Source: Candidatus Gorgyraea atricola
GTDB lineage: Bacteria > Omnitrophota > Gorgyraeia > Gorgyraeales > Gorgyraeaceae
DNA length: 64,000 bases
Reading direction: 5' to 3'
Assembly (NCBI GenBank): GCA_030765235.1
Contig: JAVCCW010000029.1
Location: 76,939 to 140,938, forward strand
Part shown: positions 9,140-19,706 of the stretch, piece by piece
How the letters are laid out: each line of letters begins with the position of its first letter
Numbering within the stretch: position 1 is the first letter of the stretch
Made by a program: the position numbers and the translations under genes
Notes under the pieces: model-generated
Databases searched by the model: none
What the model was told of the DNA's origin: nothing
The model's input: only the letters and a program-made list of their open reading frames with translations

Positions 9140-9209
9140 CTTTACTTGGCAAGGCTGGACCTCGGCTTTTTTTAAAAAAAGCCGAGGTCCAGCCTTGCCA
9201 AGTAAAGTT
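9139..9209. terminator. Long perfect hairpin (29-bp stem, A/T-tract loop) between convergent holA and rpsT. Bidirectional intrinsic terminator and member of a repeat family.
   Basis: AACTTTACTTGGCAAGGCTGGACCTCGGC-TTTTTTTTAAAAAAA-GCCGAGGTCCAGCCTTGCCAAGTAAAGTT. Confidence 0.75.
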
Positions 9210-9471
9210 AAGCGGTTTTTAGCTTTTTTGAGAGACGGGCAATTTTGCGCGAGGCAGTGTTCTTGTGGATAATGCCTTTTGAACTTGCCCTGTCGAGCGT
9301 TGAGATGAGGACATTGAGCTGTTTCTTTGCCTCATCCAGTTTTTTTGCAGACACAAGATCTATAAATTTCTTTGTCTCAGTCTTTAAAAGAGACTTTATA
9401 GACAGATTCCGCGCGGTCCTTCTTTTGGTTACCTTGATACTCTTGTAAGCAGCATGTAGTATTGGCATCAT
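9208..9471 (-). CDS. rpsT: 30S ribosomal protein S20
   Basis: An 87-aa basic protein reading MPILHAAYKSIKVTKRRTARNLSIKS... matches the S20 family. Convergent with holA and shares the bidirectional hairpin terminator. Confidence 0.85.
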   Translation of the reverse strand: MMPILHAAYKSIKVTKRRTARNLSIKSLLKTETKKFIDLVSAKKLDEAKKQLNVLISTLDRASSKGIIHKNTASRKIARLSKKLKTA

Positions 9472-9514
9472 TTCTCCTTTTTAGTGTAAGATAAGATAAC
9501 ATAATAGGACGCAT

Positions 9515-11038
9515 ATGTCAACGAAAAAGCATATACTTAAATCAGCCGGGATCATAGGGTTTGCTACTGTGGTGAGCCGCGTGCTGGGGTTTGCGCGCGA
9601 TATCTTGATCGCGCGATTCTTTGGCACCGGTAAATTTGCTCAAGCCTTTGTGGTGGCATTCCGCATACCAAATATGCTGAGGGATCTCATAGGCGAGGGA
9701 GCGACTAACGCGGCTGTAGTTCCGGTCTTGAGTGAGTATTCTGAGACAAAAAAGAAAGAGGAATTCTGGCATCTGGCCAATGTATTGCTGAACGTGGTCT
9801 TGATCGTGCTGACAGGTGTGACTTTGGCAGGTATTGTCTTTGCGCCAGTGATCGTGCGTCTTATAGCGCCTGGTTTTATAAGCGATCCTGAGAAGTTAAG
9901 GCTTACAGTGTATCTGACGCGTTTCATGTTTCCCTATGTATTACTCGTGGGACTCCTGGCTTACGGTATGGGCATACTTAATTCCTTGAAGCATTTCTCA
10001 GCGCCAGCGTTTGCGCCGGCGATATTGAACCTGACGATAATAATATGTGTGCTCGTGAGACAGGGAAGTGTTTCAGCGCTTGCAACAGGTGTTTTAATAG
10101 GCGGTGTTGTGCAGATGGCTGTGCAGATACCTGTTTTATTTGCCAAAGGATTCCGTTTTAATTTTAGGAGCGGCTTTCATCACCAGGCTGTAAGAAAGAT
10201 AGGCGCGCTTCTGGCTCCCAGGATACTCGGCTCGTGTGTATATCAGATAAATATTTTTGTCAATACAATGCTCGCGTCACTTTCGTCTATAGTAGGGCAG
10301 GGAGGCGTGGCAGCGCTTTATTATGCGAACAGGATCTTTCAGTTTCCGCTCGCAATATTTGGGATAGCTATTGCGCAGGCAGCATTGCCTACCATGTCCA
10401 GGGAGGCGCTTGAGCAGGGTCTTGAAAAGCTTAAAGATACACTTTCCTTTTCGCTCAGGGCAGTGAATTTTATAATGCTGCCTGCCTCTTTTGGCCTGAT
10501 AGTGCTTGCCAGGCCCATAACCAGTGTATTGTTTCAAAGAGGCATGTTTGGACAATATTCAACATCCATAACTGCGGGCGCGCTCGCGTTTTATTCAATA
10601 GGACTTTTTAGTTACGCGGGGATCAAGATACTGGTGTCGTGTTTTTATTCGCTGAAGGATACATTTACGCCTGTAAAGATCGCGAGTGTATCTTTGGTGT
10701 TAAATGTCGTGCTGGGAGTAATGCTTATGTTTTTTTTAAAGATAAGCGGCCTTGCGCTCGCCACTGCTATATCGGGGATATTTAATTTCTTCCTGCTGTT
10801 TTTTGCCTTAAGAAAAAAGATCGGCGCGTTTGATGATTCGAAGATAGTGACTTCATTTCTGAAGATGTTTGCATCGAGCGCAGTGATGGCAGGGTTGATA
10901 TATTTTAGCGCGTTCCGGATGGGGCTGAATCTTTTTATTGTCATATTAATAGGTATAGTGAGTTATATGTTAGCCGCGTTTGTATTTCGCGTGAAAGAGA
11001 CAAGGGAGTTTTTGAAATGGGCCTTAAGGAGAAATTAA
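9515..11038 (+). CDS. murJ: Lipid II flippase MurJ
   Basis: 507 aa, about 14 TM segments. N-terminal GFARDILIARFFGTGKFAQAFVVAFRIPNMLRDLIGEGA is diagnostic of MurJ/MviN. Confidence 0.85.
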   Translation: MSTKKHILKSAGIIGFATVVSRVLGFARDILIARFFGTGKFAQAFVVAFRIPNMLRDLIGEGATNAAVVPVLSEYSETKKKEEFWHLANVLLNVVLIVLTGVTLAGIVFAPVIVRLIAPGFISDPEKLRLTVYLTRFMFPYVLLVGLLAYGMGILNSLKHFSAPAFAPAILNLTIIICVLVRQGSVSALATGVLIGGVVQMAVQIPVLFAKGFRFNFRSGFHHQAVRKIGALLAPRILGSCVYQINIFVNTMLASLSSIVGQGGVAALYYANRIFQFPLAIFGIAIAQAALPTMSREALEQGLEKLKDTLSFSLRAVNFIMLPASFGLIVLARPITSVLFQRGMFGQYSTSITAGALAFYSIGLFSYAGIKILVSCFYSLKDTFTPVKIASVSLVLNVVLGVMLMFFLKISGLALATAISGIFNFFLLFFALRKKIGAFDDSKIVTSFLKMFASSAVMAGLIYFSAFRMGLNLFIVILIGIVSYMLAAFVFRVKETREFLKWALRRN

Positions 11039-12261
11039 AAAAGATACCGCGCTCGCCTGGTATTTACATGATGAAGGATGCCGGGGGTGAGGTGCTCTAT
11101 ATAGGTAAGGCAAAGGATCTTTCGAAAAGGGTCGCAAGTTATTTTCAGAAGAATCGGCCTGTGACTGCGAGGCGGATGCATTTATTGGAACGCGTGAAGG
11201 ACCTGGATTATATAACTACGACTTCTGAAGAAGAGGCGCTTATCTATGAGTCGAATCTCATAAAGGAGAAAAAGCCGAAGTATAATGTGGACCTCAAGGA
11301 CGACAAGAGTTTTCCTTTTTTGAAATTGACATCGGGTGAGCGGTTTCCGCGACTTGTTATTACGCGGAAAAAGAGTGACGATGGCTCGAGATATTTTGGG
11401 CCGTACACGCGCGTGAAGCTTTTGCGCAAGGCGATTGCGGTAATGAAGGCCATCTTCCCTCTACGCACGTGCAAGAAGATGCCGGATCACGTGTGCCTGT
11501 CATATCATATTGGCCAGTGCGCAGGACCGTGCGTTAAAAAAGTCAGCGAAAAGGAGTATGGCGAGATCGTGAGGCAGCTTGTATTGTTTCTAGAAGGAAA
11601 AAAGGCGACACTTTTAAGAGAATTGGAGCAAAGAATGGGGGACGCAGCAAAGAATGAGAGATTCGAGGATGCGTGCATGATCCGCGACAGGATCGCAGCG
11701 CTTTCAGAGGTGCCTGGAAAAAAGTTCAGGGAATATAGCGGGTATGGCGATGTCGCGGTAAAGCTAAAAAGGCTTTTGCGGCTGCCGAGACTGCCTTTAA
11801 AGGTCGAGGCGTTTGACGTGTCAAATATATCAGGCCAGGAGGCCACAGGGTCGATGGTATATTTCAAGAATGGCAAGCCTGATAAATCAAATTACAGGAA
11901 ATTCAAGATAAAAAGCGTAAAGGACATAGACGACTATGCAATGATCCAGGAAATCGTGAGACGCAGGTACAAGCGGCTCAAGGAGGAAGACAAGGAGTTT
12001 CCCGATCTTATCATAATAGACGGGGGCAAGGGTCATTTACAGGCGGCATACAGGGAGCTCATGAAGCTGAATCTCAGGTATGTACCTATAATATCCATTG
12101 CAAAGAAACAGGAAAAGATATACACGCTTGGCGCTAAAAGCCCGTTGGATGTGAACAGGGACTCGCAGATCGTGCACTTTATCCAGCAGATCCGTGACGA
12201 AGCCCACCGCTTCGCGCTCAAGTATCACCACAAGCTGCGGGATAGGAAAGCAAGCCTCTAA
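11017..12261 (+). CDS. uvrC: UvrC-like excinuclease (short form, 414 aa). Has GIY-YIG, UVR and a RDEAHRFA-containing segment but lacks the C-terminal (HhH)2 domain.
   Basis: GIYMMKDAGGEVLYIGKAKDLSKRVASYF (GIY-YIG). UVR-like segment LRELEQRMGDAAKNERFEDACMIRDRIAAL. IRDEAHRFALKYHH near the C-terminus. The first 22 nt overlap the end of murJ. Confidence 0.65.
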   Translation: MGLKEKLKKIPRSPGIYMMKDAGGEVLYIGKAKDLSKRVASYFQKNRPVTARRMHLLERVKDLDYITTTSEEEALIYESNLIKEKKPKYNVDLKDDKSFPFLKLTSGERFPRLVITRKKSDDGSRYFGPYTRVKLLRKAIAVMKAIFPLRTCKKMPDHVCLSYHIGQCAGPCVKKVSEKEYGEIVRQLVLFLEGKKATLLRELEQRMGDAAKNERFEDACMIRDRIAALSEVPGKKFREYSGYGDVAVKLKRLLRLPRLPLKVEAFDVSNISGQEATGSMVYFKNGKPDKSNYRKFKIKSVKDIDDYAMIQEIVRRRYKRLKEEDKEFPDLIIIDGGKGHLQAAYRELMKLNLRYVPIISIAKKQEKIYTLGAKSPLDVNRDSQIVHFIQQIRDEAHRFALKYHHKLRDRKASL

Positions 12262-12297
12262 CTTTACACTTTTGTGATACACAGAAAAGTGTAAAGT
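12261..12297. terminator. Hairpin ACTTTACACTTTTGTG...CACAGAAAAGTGTAAAGT after uvrC
   Basis: About 16-bp imperfect stem immediately after the stop codon. Confidence 0.55.
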
Positions 12298-12302
12298 AGT
12301 AA

Positions 12303-12328
12303 AGTAGGCCAGGTTTAAACCTGGCCTA
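12303..12328. repeat. 26-bp palindromic repeat, copy 3 (uvrC-prfB spacer), followed by CTACTGCTACTGCT
   Basis: Identical 26-mer. Preceded by the AACTTTACACTTTTGTG hairpin. Confidence 0.9.
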
Positions 12329-12365
12329 CTGCTACTGCTCGGGGTGGTTAGGTGATATGAAAGCG

Positions 12366-12395
12366 TTGACTTTGTTCGAGAAAAAGGTATATACT
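12366..12395 (+). promoter_or_regulatory. Sigma70-type promoter for prfB-secA
   Basis: TTGACT, 18 nt, TATACT. Confidence 0.55.
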
Positions 12396-12425
12396 GTTGT
12401 GAAAAGAAAATATCAGACATAGAAT

Positions 12426-13523
<1,098 letters not shown>

Positions 13524-13524
13524 T

Positions 13525-16272
13525 ATGGCTAACTGGATATTAAATAAAATCATCGGGTCGCAAAATCAGCGGGAGATCAAGAAGCTGCAGCCGCTCGTGG
13601 ATAAGATAAATTCTTTAGAGCCAGAGGTGCAGAAGCTTAGCGACGCTGAACTGCGCCAAAAAACAGACGAGTTTCGAAATCGCGTTTCAAACGGCGCAAA
13701 ACTCGACGAGATCCTACCTGAGGCATTTGCAGTAGTGCGCGAGGTCAGTCAGCGCACCATAGGCATGCGGCATTTTGATGTGCAGCTTATGGGTGGCGTA
13801 GCGCTTCATCAGGGAAAGATCGCTGAGATGACAACAGGTGAAGGAAAAACTCTTGTCGCGACATTGCCAGCATATCTGAACGCGCTGAGCGGCAAAGGCG
13901 TCCACATCATCACTGTGAATGATTATCTTGCCCGTCGCGACAGAGAATGGATGGGGCCAGTGTATGAGTTTCTTGGGCTTAGCGTAGGCGTTATCCAGCA
14001 CGACATGGACCCTGAGGCAAAACAGATCTCTTACAGAAGTGACATCGCCTATGGCACGAACAATGAATTTGGTTTTGATTATCTCAGGGATAACATGGTT
14101 GCGCGCGCTGAAAACATGGTGCAGGGTGAGCTAAATTACGCGATCGTCGACGAGGTGGATAGCATCCTAATAGATGAGGCGCGCACCCCGCTTATCATCT
14201 CAGGCCCGTCAGAAGAATCCACAGATAAATATTATACCTGCAATAAAATAGTGCCGAGTCTAAAAGGCCGCATAATCCTGGAAAAAGACGAGATCGACGC
14301 GAAATTCAAAGGCATAGACCTTTCAACAGGCTATGACTATATCGTGGACGAAAAGGCGCACACCGCGCATCTTACAGAAGATGGCGAGGCAAAGGTCGCT
14401 GAGATGCTCGGCATAACCAACATGCACGATATGTCCACCATGGAATACCGTCACCACATAATCCAGGCATTAAAGGCGCATAATCTTTTTGAAAAAGACG
14501 TGGACTATGTAGTGAAAGAAGGAGGGGTGCTCATAGTCGACGAATTTACTGGCAGGCTTATGCCTGGCAGGCGCTGGTCAGATGGCCTGCACCAGGCAGT
14601 AGAGGCAAAAGAGGGCCTGAAGATAGAAAGAGAAAACCAGACACTCGCCACCATTACATTTCAAAATTATTTCAGGATGTACAAAAAGCTCGCTGGCATG
14701 ACTGGCACCGCGATGACAGAGGCGCAGGAATTCAGCCACATCTATAAATTAGACACAATAGCAGTGCCTACGAATAAGACATTGATAAGGACGCATTATC
14801 CAGATGTCATCTATAAAACAGAAAAAGAAAAATTCAACGCAGTCTGCAATGAGATCGAAGAACTTTACAAAAAAGGCCGCCCGATCCTCGTCGGTACTAT
14901 TTCAATAGAAAAGTCAGAACGCCTGGGCTCGATGCTCAAGCGCCGCAACATCCCGCATAATGTCCTGAATGCGAAATATCACGAGATGGAGGCAGTCATT
15001 ATCGCGCAGGCAGGCAGGCTCAGGGCAGTCACGATCGCCACAAACATGGCTGGCCGCGGCACAGATATTTTGCTCGGCGGCAATCCTGAATCCACGGTGA
15101 GTGACTGGCTAAAGGCAAAAGGCCTGGGCCCGAAGAATGTGACTGAGGATGAAGTAAAAGGTATGCTGAGCGAGGCAAAAGAAAAGGTAAAGAAAGAACA
15201 TGAAGAGGTTGTCTCACTTGACGGCCTGCATATAATCGGTACAGAACGCCACGAATCCCGTCGCGTAGATAATCAGTTGCGCGGACGTTCAGGCAGGCAG
15301 GGCGATCCTGGCTCGTCGAAGTTTTACATATCTTTAGAGGATGACCTGATGCGGCTCTTTGGCTCTGGCAGGATCTCAGCTATATATGAGAAGCTCGGCA
15401 TAGAAGAGGGTCAGGATATACAGCACCCTCTTGTCTCACGCGCCATCGAGGTCGCGCAGAAAAGAGTGGAACAGCATAACTTTGACATACGAAAACACGT
15501 GCTCGAATATGACAATGTGATGAATAAGCAAAGAGAGGTCATATACGAGGAGCGGCGCAAGGTCTTAGCAGGTGAAAATATAAAACAGCATCTCCATGAG
15601 ATCATAAAGGAAGTCATTGATAGCGCAATGGGCCTTTATTTCAATGCTGAGGCGCATAAGAGTGACTGGCAGTATGCTGAGTTTTGCGAATGGTTCCGGT
15701 CAAAGTTTAATATCAGACTTCAGAATATAGAAGACATGGTCGAAGGCAAAGATAGCGACACAATTCTTAATGAACTGAGCACAATGGTAAAATCCGCGTA
15801 CGAAGAAAAAGAAAAAAAGATGGCGCCAGGGCTCTTGAGACATATCGAAAAGATGCTCATGCTCCAGGTCATTGATACAAAATGGAAAGATCATCTTCAT
15901 GCAATGGATAATCTGCGAGAAGGGATCGGCTTGCGCGCATATGGACAGCGTGATCCATTAGTGGAATATCAGCATGAAGGGTATGATATGTTTATGAGCA
16001 TGATAGATTCTATCAAGGATGAGACATTGGAATTTTTGTTCAAGGTCCAGGCTGTGCGCGAAGATACTTCTTCGCGAGGTGTGTTCCAGTCGCTCCCACA
16101 GCAGTTCGTACATGATGAGATCGCTCCTATGTCAGGGCCTCCTCCTTCACAGCCACCGCGAGATCTACCAGAGCCGCCTACTCAGCATAAAAGAGAAGAG
16201 CCTAAGGTCGGCAGAAATGACCCATGCCCATGCCATAGCGGCAGGAAGTATAAGAAGTGTTGTGGGAAATGA
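13525..16272 (+). CDS. secA: Preprotein translocase ATPase SecA
   Basis: 915 aa. [21 protein letters not shown] at the N-terminus. DEAD-like motor motifs. C-terminal zinc finger [14 protein letters not shown]. Confidence 0.95.
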   Translation: MANWILNKIIGSQNQREIKKLQPLVDKINSLEPEVQKLSDAELRQKTDEFRNRVSNGAKLDEILPEAFAVVREVSQRTIGMRHFDVQLMGGVALHQGKIAEMTTGEGKTLVATLPAYLNALSGKGVHIITVNDYLARRDREWMGPVYEFLGLSVGVIQHDMDPEAKQISYRSDIAYGTNNEFGFDYLRDNMVARAENMVQGELNYAIVDEVDSILIDEARTPLIISGPSEESTDKYYTCNKIVPSLKGRIILEKDEIDAKFKGIDLSTGYDYIVDEKAHTAHLTEDGEAKVAEMLGITNMHDMSTMEYRHHIIQALKAHNLFEKDVDYVVKEGGVLIVDEFTGRLMPGRRWSDGLHQAVEAKEGLKIERENQTLATITFQNYFRMYKKLAGMTGTAMTEAQEFSHIYKLDTIAVPTNKTLIRTHYPDVIYKTEKEKFNAVCNEIEELYKKGRPILVGTISIEKSERLGSMLKRRNIPHNVLNAKYHEMEAVIIAQAGRLRAVTIATNMAGRGTDILLGGNPESTVSDWLKAKGLGPKNVTEDEVKGMLSEAKEKVKKEHEEVVSLDGLHIIGTERHESRRVDNQLRGRSGRQGDPGSSKFYISLEDDLMRLFGSGRISAIYEKLGIEEGQDIQHPLVSRAIEVAQKRVEQHNFDIRKHVLEYDNVMNKQREVIYEERRKVLAGENIKQHLHEIIKEVIDSAMGLYFNAEAHKSDWQYAEFCEWFRSKFNIRLQNIEDMVEGKDSDTILNELSTMVKSAYEEKEKKMAPGLLRHIEKMLMLQVIDTKWKDHLHAMDNLREGIGLRAYGQRDPLVEYQHEGYDMFMSMIDSIKDETLEFLFKVQAVREDTSSRGVFQSLPQQFVHDEIAPMSGPPPSQPPRDLPEPPTQHKREEPKVGRNDPCPCHSGRKYKKCCGK

Positions 16273-16277
16273 GGTAT

Positions 16278-16412
16278 AGTTGTGAGTTATGGGGGTGTGT
16301 TGTGAGTTATGTGTCGAGTTATGAGTTGTGGGTTGTGAGTAAAAAAACACACAACTCATCCCCACAACCCGACCCACAACCCATAACCCATCCTCACTCT
16401 CACAACAACTAG
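16278..16412. repeat. About 130-bp imperfect palindrome (TGTGAGTTATG... / ...CATAACCCATCCTCAC, centre GAGTAAAAAAACACACAACTC) immediately after secA
   Basis: The left arm is GT-rich and the right arm is its AC-rich complement. Confidence 0.8.
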
Positions 16413-16416
16413 TTAT

Positions 16417-17811
16417 ATGCTACTCACCATCATCTCTGCCATACTACTAATACTCGCCTTCCCAAACTTTAATCAGAGTTATTTTGTTTTTATAGGTTTT
16501 GTCCCGCTCCTTTTTGCAATACAGAAAAAGTCGGCAAAAAAGGCATTTTGGAATTCGTACCTGTGCGGGTTTTTATTTTACCTCGGTGTCTTATACTGGC
16601 TTTACCATGTGACAGGTGTTGGACTTATTATTCTTTGTCTCTATCTTGCGCTGTATTTCGGGATCTTTGGATTTTTATTCAATCGCGCCACCTATTATAC
16701 TTCAGGTTTCAGCCTTTTATTTATACCGCTAATATGGATTTTTCTTGAATATGTACAGTCTCATCTTTTTTCAGGTTTTGGCTGGGCCTTGCTGGGCTAT
16801 TCGCAATACAAGAAGCTGCATCTAATCCAGATCGCGGATTTTGCAGGAGTCTATGGTGTTTCATTTCTTGTGATGATGGTGAATGTCGCAGTCTATAAGT
16901 TTTTCAAGAGATCAGCAAAACATCTTGTGATATCTGCTTTGGTTCTGGCAATGGTATTTTGGTATGGGAAAATGAGGGAGAATGAGGGGGAATGGGGGGA
17001 TGGTCTTAAAGTATCAGTTATACAGGGAAACATTCCGCAGGAGATTAAATGGGATCCTTTTGCGAGTGACGAGATAATGAAGTCATATTTTAATCTAACC
17101 AGGCTCGCAGCATTTGACGAACCTGATTTAATAATCTGGCCTGAGACGTCTTTCCCTGGATTTTTTATAAGCGATGAGGAAAAAACCAAACAGGTCCTTG
17201 ATCTGGCAAGAAAGATACAGATCCCGCTTTTAATAGGAGCAAATACTGTAGATGGTTTGGATATTTTAAATAGCGCAGTGCTTATCTCAAAAAAAGGCGA
17301 AGTGATAGACAAATACGATAAGCTCCACCTTGTGCCTTTTGGCGAATTCGTGCCATTTGGAGACAAAATCCCTTTTTTGCATAGACTGGTGCTCGGCGAA
17401 CTGGGTCATTTTACAGCAGGAGAAGAGTACAGGATATTTAAGATCGAATACCCTTCTCCGCAGAAAATCTTTGATTTTAGTACAGGCGAACAGCAAGCCG
17501 CAAACATCGAGCATAGATTTGCTACGCTGATCTGCTTCGAGGACATCTTTCCTGGCATTGCCAAGCGGTTTGTCCAGAAAGGCGCGCAGTTTCTAGTGGT
17601 AATCACGAACGATGCCTGGTATGGCAAAAGCGGCGCACCTTATCAACACACAGCCTGCTCAGTCTTCCGCGCAATCGAGAACCGCGTCCCAATCGTACGC
17701 TGCGCCAACACAGGCTTTTCCTGCTTCATAGACCCCTACGGCCGCATCCACGACCCCATAGAAGATATATTTACCTCTAAACACAAAACCTCCACTGTTA
17801 AACTGAGATAA
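16417..17811 (+). CDS. lnt: Apolipoprotein N-acyltransferase
   Basis: N-terminal multi-TM region plus a CN-hydrolase domain (LICFEDIFP, WPETSFPG). Confidence 0.8.
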   Translation: MLLTIISAILLILAFPNFNQSYFVFIGFVPLLFAIQKKSAKKAFWNSYLCGFLFYLGVLYWLYHVTGVGLIILCLYLALYFGIFGFLFNRATYYTSGFSLLFIPLIWIFLEYVQSHLFSGFGWALLGYSQYKKLHLIQIADFAGVYGVSFLVMMVNVAVYKFFKRSAKHLVISALVLAMVFWYGKMRENEGEWGDGLKVSVIQGNIPQEIKWDPFASDEIMKSYFNLTRLAAFDEPDLIIWPETSFPGFFISDEEKTKQVLDLARKIQIPLLIGANTVDGLDILNSAVLISKKGEVIDKYDKLHLVPFGEFVPFGDKIPFLHRLVLGELGHFTAGEEYRIFKIEYPSPQKIFDFSTGEQQAANIEHRFATLICFEDIFPGIAKRFVQKGAQFLVVITNDAWYGKSGAPYQHTACSVFRAIENRVPIVRCANTGFSCFIDPYGRIHDPIEDIFTSKHKTSTVKLR

Positions 17812-17845
17812 CTTGACACTTTTCTATGTGTCACAAAAGTGTAAA

Positions 17846-17871
17846 GTAGGCCAGGTTTAAACCTGGCCTAC
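17846..17871. repeat. 26-bp palindromic repeat, copy 4 (after lnt), flanked by two CACAAAAGTGTAAAGT motifs
   Basis: Identical 26-mer. Confidence 0.9.
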
Positions 17872-17898
17872 CGAGGGTCACAAAAGTGTAAAGTTACT

Positions 17899-17927
17899 TT
17901 GACAAGGAAGGGGCTTTTTGGTATAAT
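17899..17927 (+). promoter_or_regulatory. Consensus sigma70 promoter for the J-domain repeat protein gene
   Basis: TTGACA, 17 nt, TATAAT. Perfect consensus. Confidence 0.7.
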
Positions 17928-17956
17928 GGTAAGAAGTATTTAAAAGTCTTTAATTG

Positions 17957-19585
17957 ATGATCATGAAAAAAGTAATATTGATTTTAATAATATTGTCCCT
18001 CCTGACTCAAGGGCAGAGTTTTGCCTTGAGGCCGCGTTTGCGTTTTAATGAGCCAGAAATACTTAATTCAAATAAAGAAATTAATCCTGAAGACTATGCC
18101 ACAGGTGAAGAGATATCAATTACAAGTGGGCAGGTTATACCTATGCCAGACACAGACGGTATTTATGTGGTAGATTATCTACTAGAAAGATACGTTGATT
18201 CCGACGAGGCCAAGACAAGACTTTTTGCCATAGTCGAGAAAGAAGGAAAAGATATTATTGCCAAAATAATCTCCAAAGAAGATAATGGCACAATAAAACT
18301 TTGGGAAAAACATAAATTCATCAAAGGAAAATTTAAAAGTAAATACGGCAAATATGTTAGCGGCAAATGGAAACTTGTTTTCGTTAACATGGAAGCTTAT
18401 ATCACAGCTGAAGAAATGCCTCTTGTAAATAGATTTCCTACGTTTATTCCAAGAACCAATCAGGTACACTTACCGGATTACCTGATGAGATTATATCCCA
18501 ACATCAAGAGGATGATAGTAAAAGAAAAAGGCAATATTATTACTAAAATATTCTCTAGAGAAGATGGTAAAGTGATAGTCTGGGAAAGGTATAGGTTCAT
18601 TCCATGTGGGATTATAACGAGAGGCGGTGCATATTTTATTGGTAAATGGAAGCGCATTTTTTATCTAGAAAATTATACTGTCTCCAGAGAAATGCCTATT
18701 GCAGTAGTATCCCCGCGGTTGATACCAGAGGGAGAAAATAGACTCTATATACCACGTTATCTAATGGAAACCTATGTTAATCCTAACAAAGCCAAAACAA
18801 GACTTTTTGCTATGTTAAAAAAAGAAGAAGGCTATATTAACTGTAAAATAATTTCCAGAGAATCTGATGGAATAGTAAAATACTGGGGAAATCATAAGTT
18901 CATACTAGCCAAAATTAAAAAGCAGGGCGTAGAATTCGCTGGTAAATGGAAATTCGAATGGAGTAAAAGTTTTGTTGCTAAAAAGCCAAAAAGGGAAGTC
19001 GGTAAAAAAGAAGTCTCTAGAGAAAACTCTTCTAAAAAAATCTCTTTTTACCGCGAGCTCAAGAGGCAGTTGAAGATGGGAAATAAAATAAAAGACTATT
19101 ACAAGAGGTTAGGGCTAGGCATATATGCCACTACTGACGAGATAAAAAGGGCATATCGCATGTTAGTAATGCAGTTTCATCCTGATCAGGGTAAAGATTC
19201 AGATGCAAAGGTCTTTAAATTGATCAAAGAGGCATATGAAGTTTTAAAGGATCCCAAAAAAAGACAAAGTTATGACCGTTTCATGAGAAATAGTTTCAAA
19301 CCTACAGAGTTAAAGAAAATAAACAGTTACCTTGAGCGACCTGAGAATATAGGAGTAATTTTTCATTTTGACAAAAGGACGGGCAAGAGAGTATTCCTTA
19401 TTCCGCGTAAGGTTGTAGCTAAAGCTGTAAAGATAGATGTTGATCTAATCGACTGGGCTATTGAGAAACATAACTATCAACAACATAGAAAAACTGGAGG
19501 ATATTTCACCCCATTCTCCTTTCCACCTGAAAAGATGCTGAATAGTATATTAGAAACAGCAGACGCAGCACGGACAGATAATTAA
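17957..19585 (+). CDS. AT-rich membrane-anchored or secreted J-domain protein. Three ~100-aa tandem repeats are followed by a DnaJ (HPD) domain and a C-terminal domain.
   Basis: Signal or anchor peptide KKVILILIILSLLTQGQSFA. Three repeats share Y[LV].Y....KAKTRLFA....E....KIISRE.G.IK.W...KFI..K.K....F.GKWK. J domain YYKRLGLGIYATTDEIKRAYRMLVMQFHPDQ. Consensus promoter at 17899..17927. Confidence 0.6.
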   Translation: MIMKKVILILIILSLLTQGQSFALRPRLRFNEPEILNSNKEINPEDYATGEEISITSGQVIPMPDTDGIYVVDYLLERYVDSDEAKTRLFAIVEKEGKDIIAKIISKEDNGTIKLWEKHKFIKGKFKSKYGKYVSGKWKLVFVNMEAYITAEEMPLVNRFPTFIPRTNQVHLPDYLMRLYPNIKRMIVKEKGNIITKIFSREDGKVIVWERYRFIPCGIITRGGAYFIGKWKRIFYLENYTVSREMPIAVVSPRLIPEGENRLYIPRYLMETYVNPNKAKTRLFAMLKKEEGYINCKIISRESDGIVKYWGNHKFILAKIKKQGVEFAGKWKFEWSKSFVAKKPKREVGKKEVSRENSSKKISFYRELKRQLKMGNKIKDYYKRLGLGIYATTDEIKRAYRMLVMQFHPDQGKDSDAKVFKLIKEAYEVLKDPKKRQSYDRFMRNSFKPTELKKINSYLERPENIGVIFHFDKRTGKRVFLIPRKVVAKAVKIDVDLIDWAIEKHNYQQHRKTGGYFTPFSFPPEKMLNSILETADAARTDN

Positions 19586-19605
19586 AATCACACCTTAAGT
19601 CCCAC

Positions 19606-19637
19606 CCCCGTACCAGTCGCTTCGCTCCGGTACGGGG
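19606..19637. terminator. GC-rich hairpin CCCCGTACC...GGTACGGGG after the J-domain protein gene
   Basis: 9-bp GC-rich stem. A related CCCCG...GGTACGGGG motif occurs at 1150..1185. Confidence 0.5.
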
Positions 19638-19651
19638 CAAACCTATTTCTA

Positions 19652-19680
19652 TTGACACTATAATACATATAGGATATAAT
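19652..19680 (+). promoter_or_regulatory. Consensus sigma70 promoter for lysS
   Basis: TTGACA, 17 nt, TATAAT. Confidence 0.7.
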
Positions 19681-19706
19681 TGCCCAGAAGGAAGGGGTGT
19701 ATTTTT

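Noticed and set aside
16019-16377. ORFs 16019..16279 (+) and 16165..16377 (-), with THNSTHNSQH-type translation, over the secA 3' end and the TGTGAGT palindrome
   Set aside because: Their low-complexity translations are produced by the GT/AC-rich palindrome arms. One of them overlaps the authentic secA zinc-finger C-terminus.
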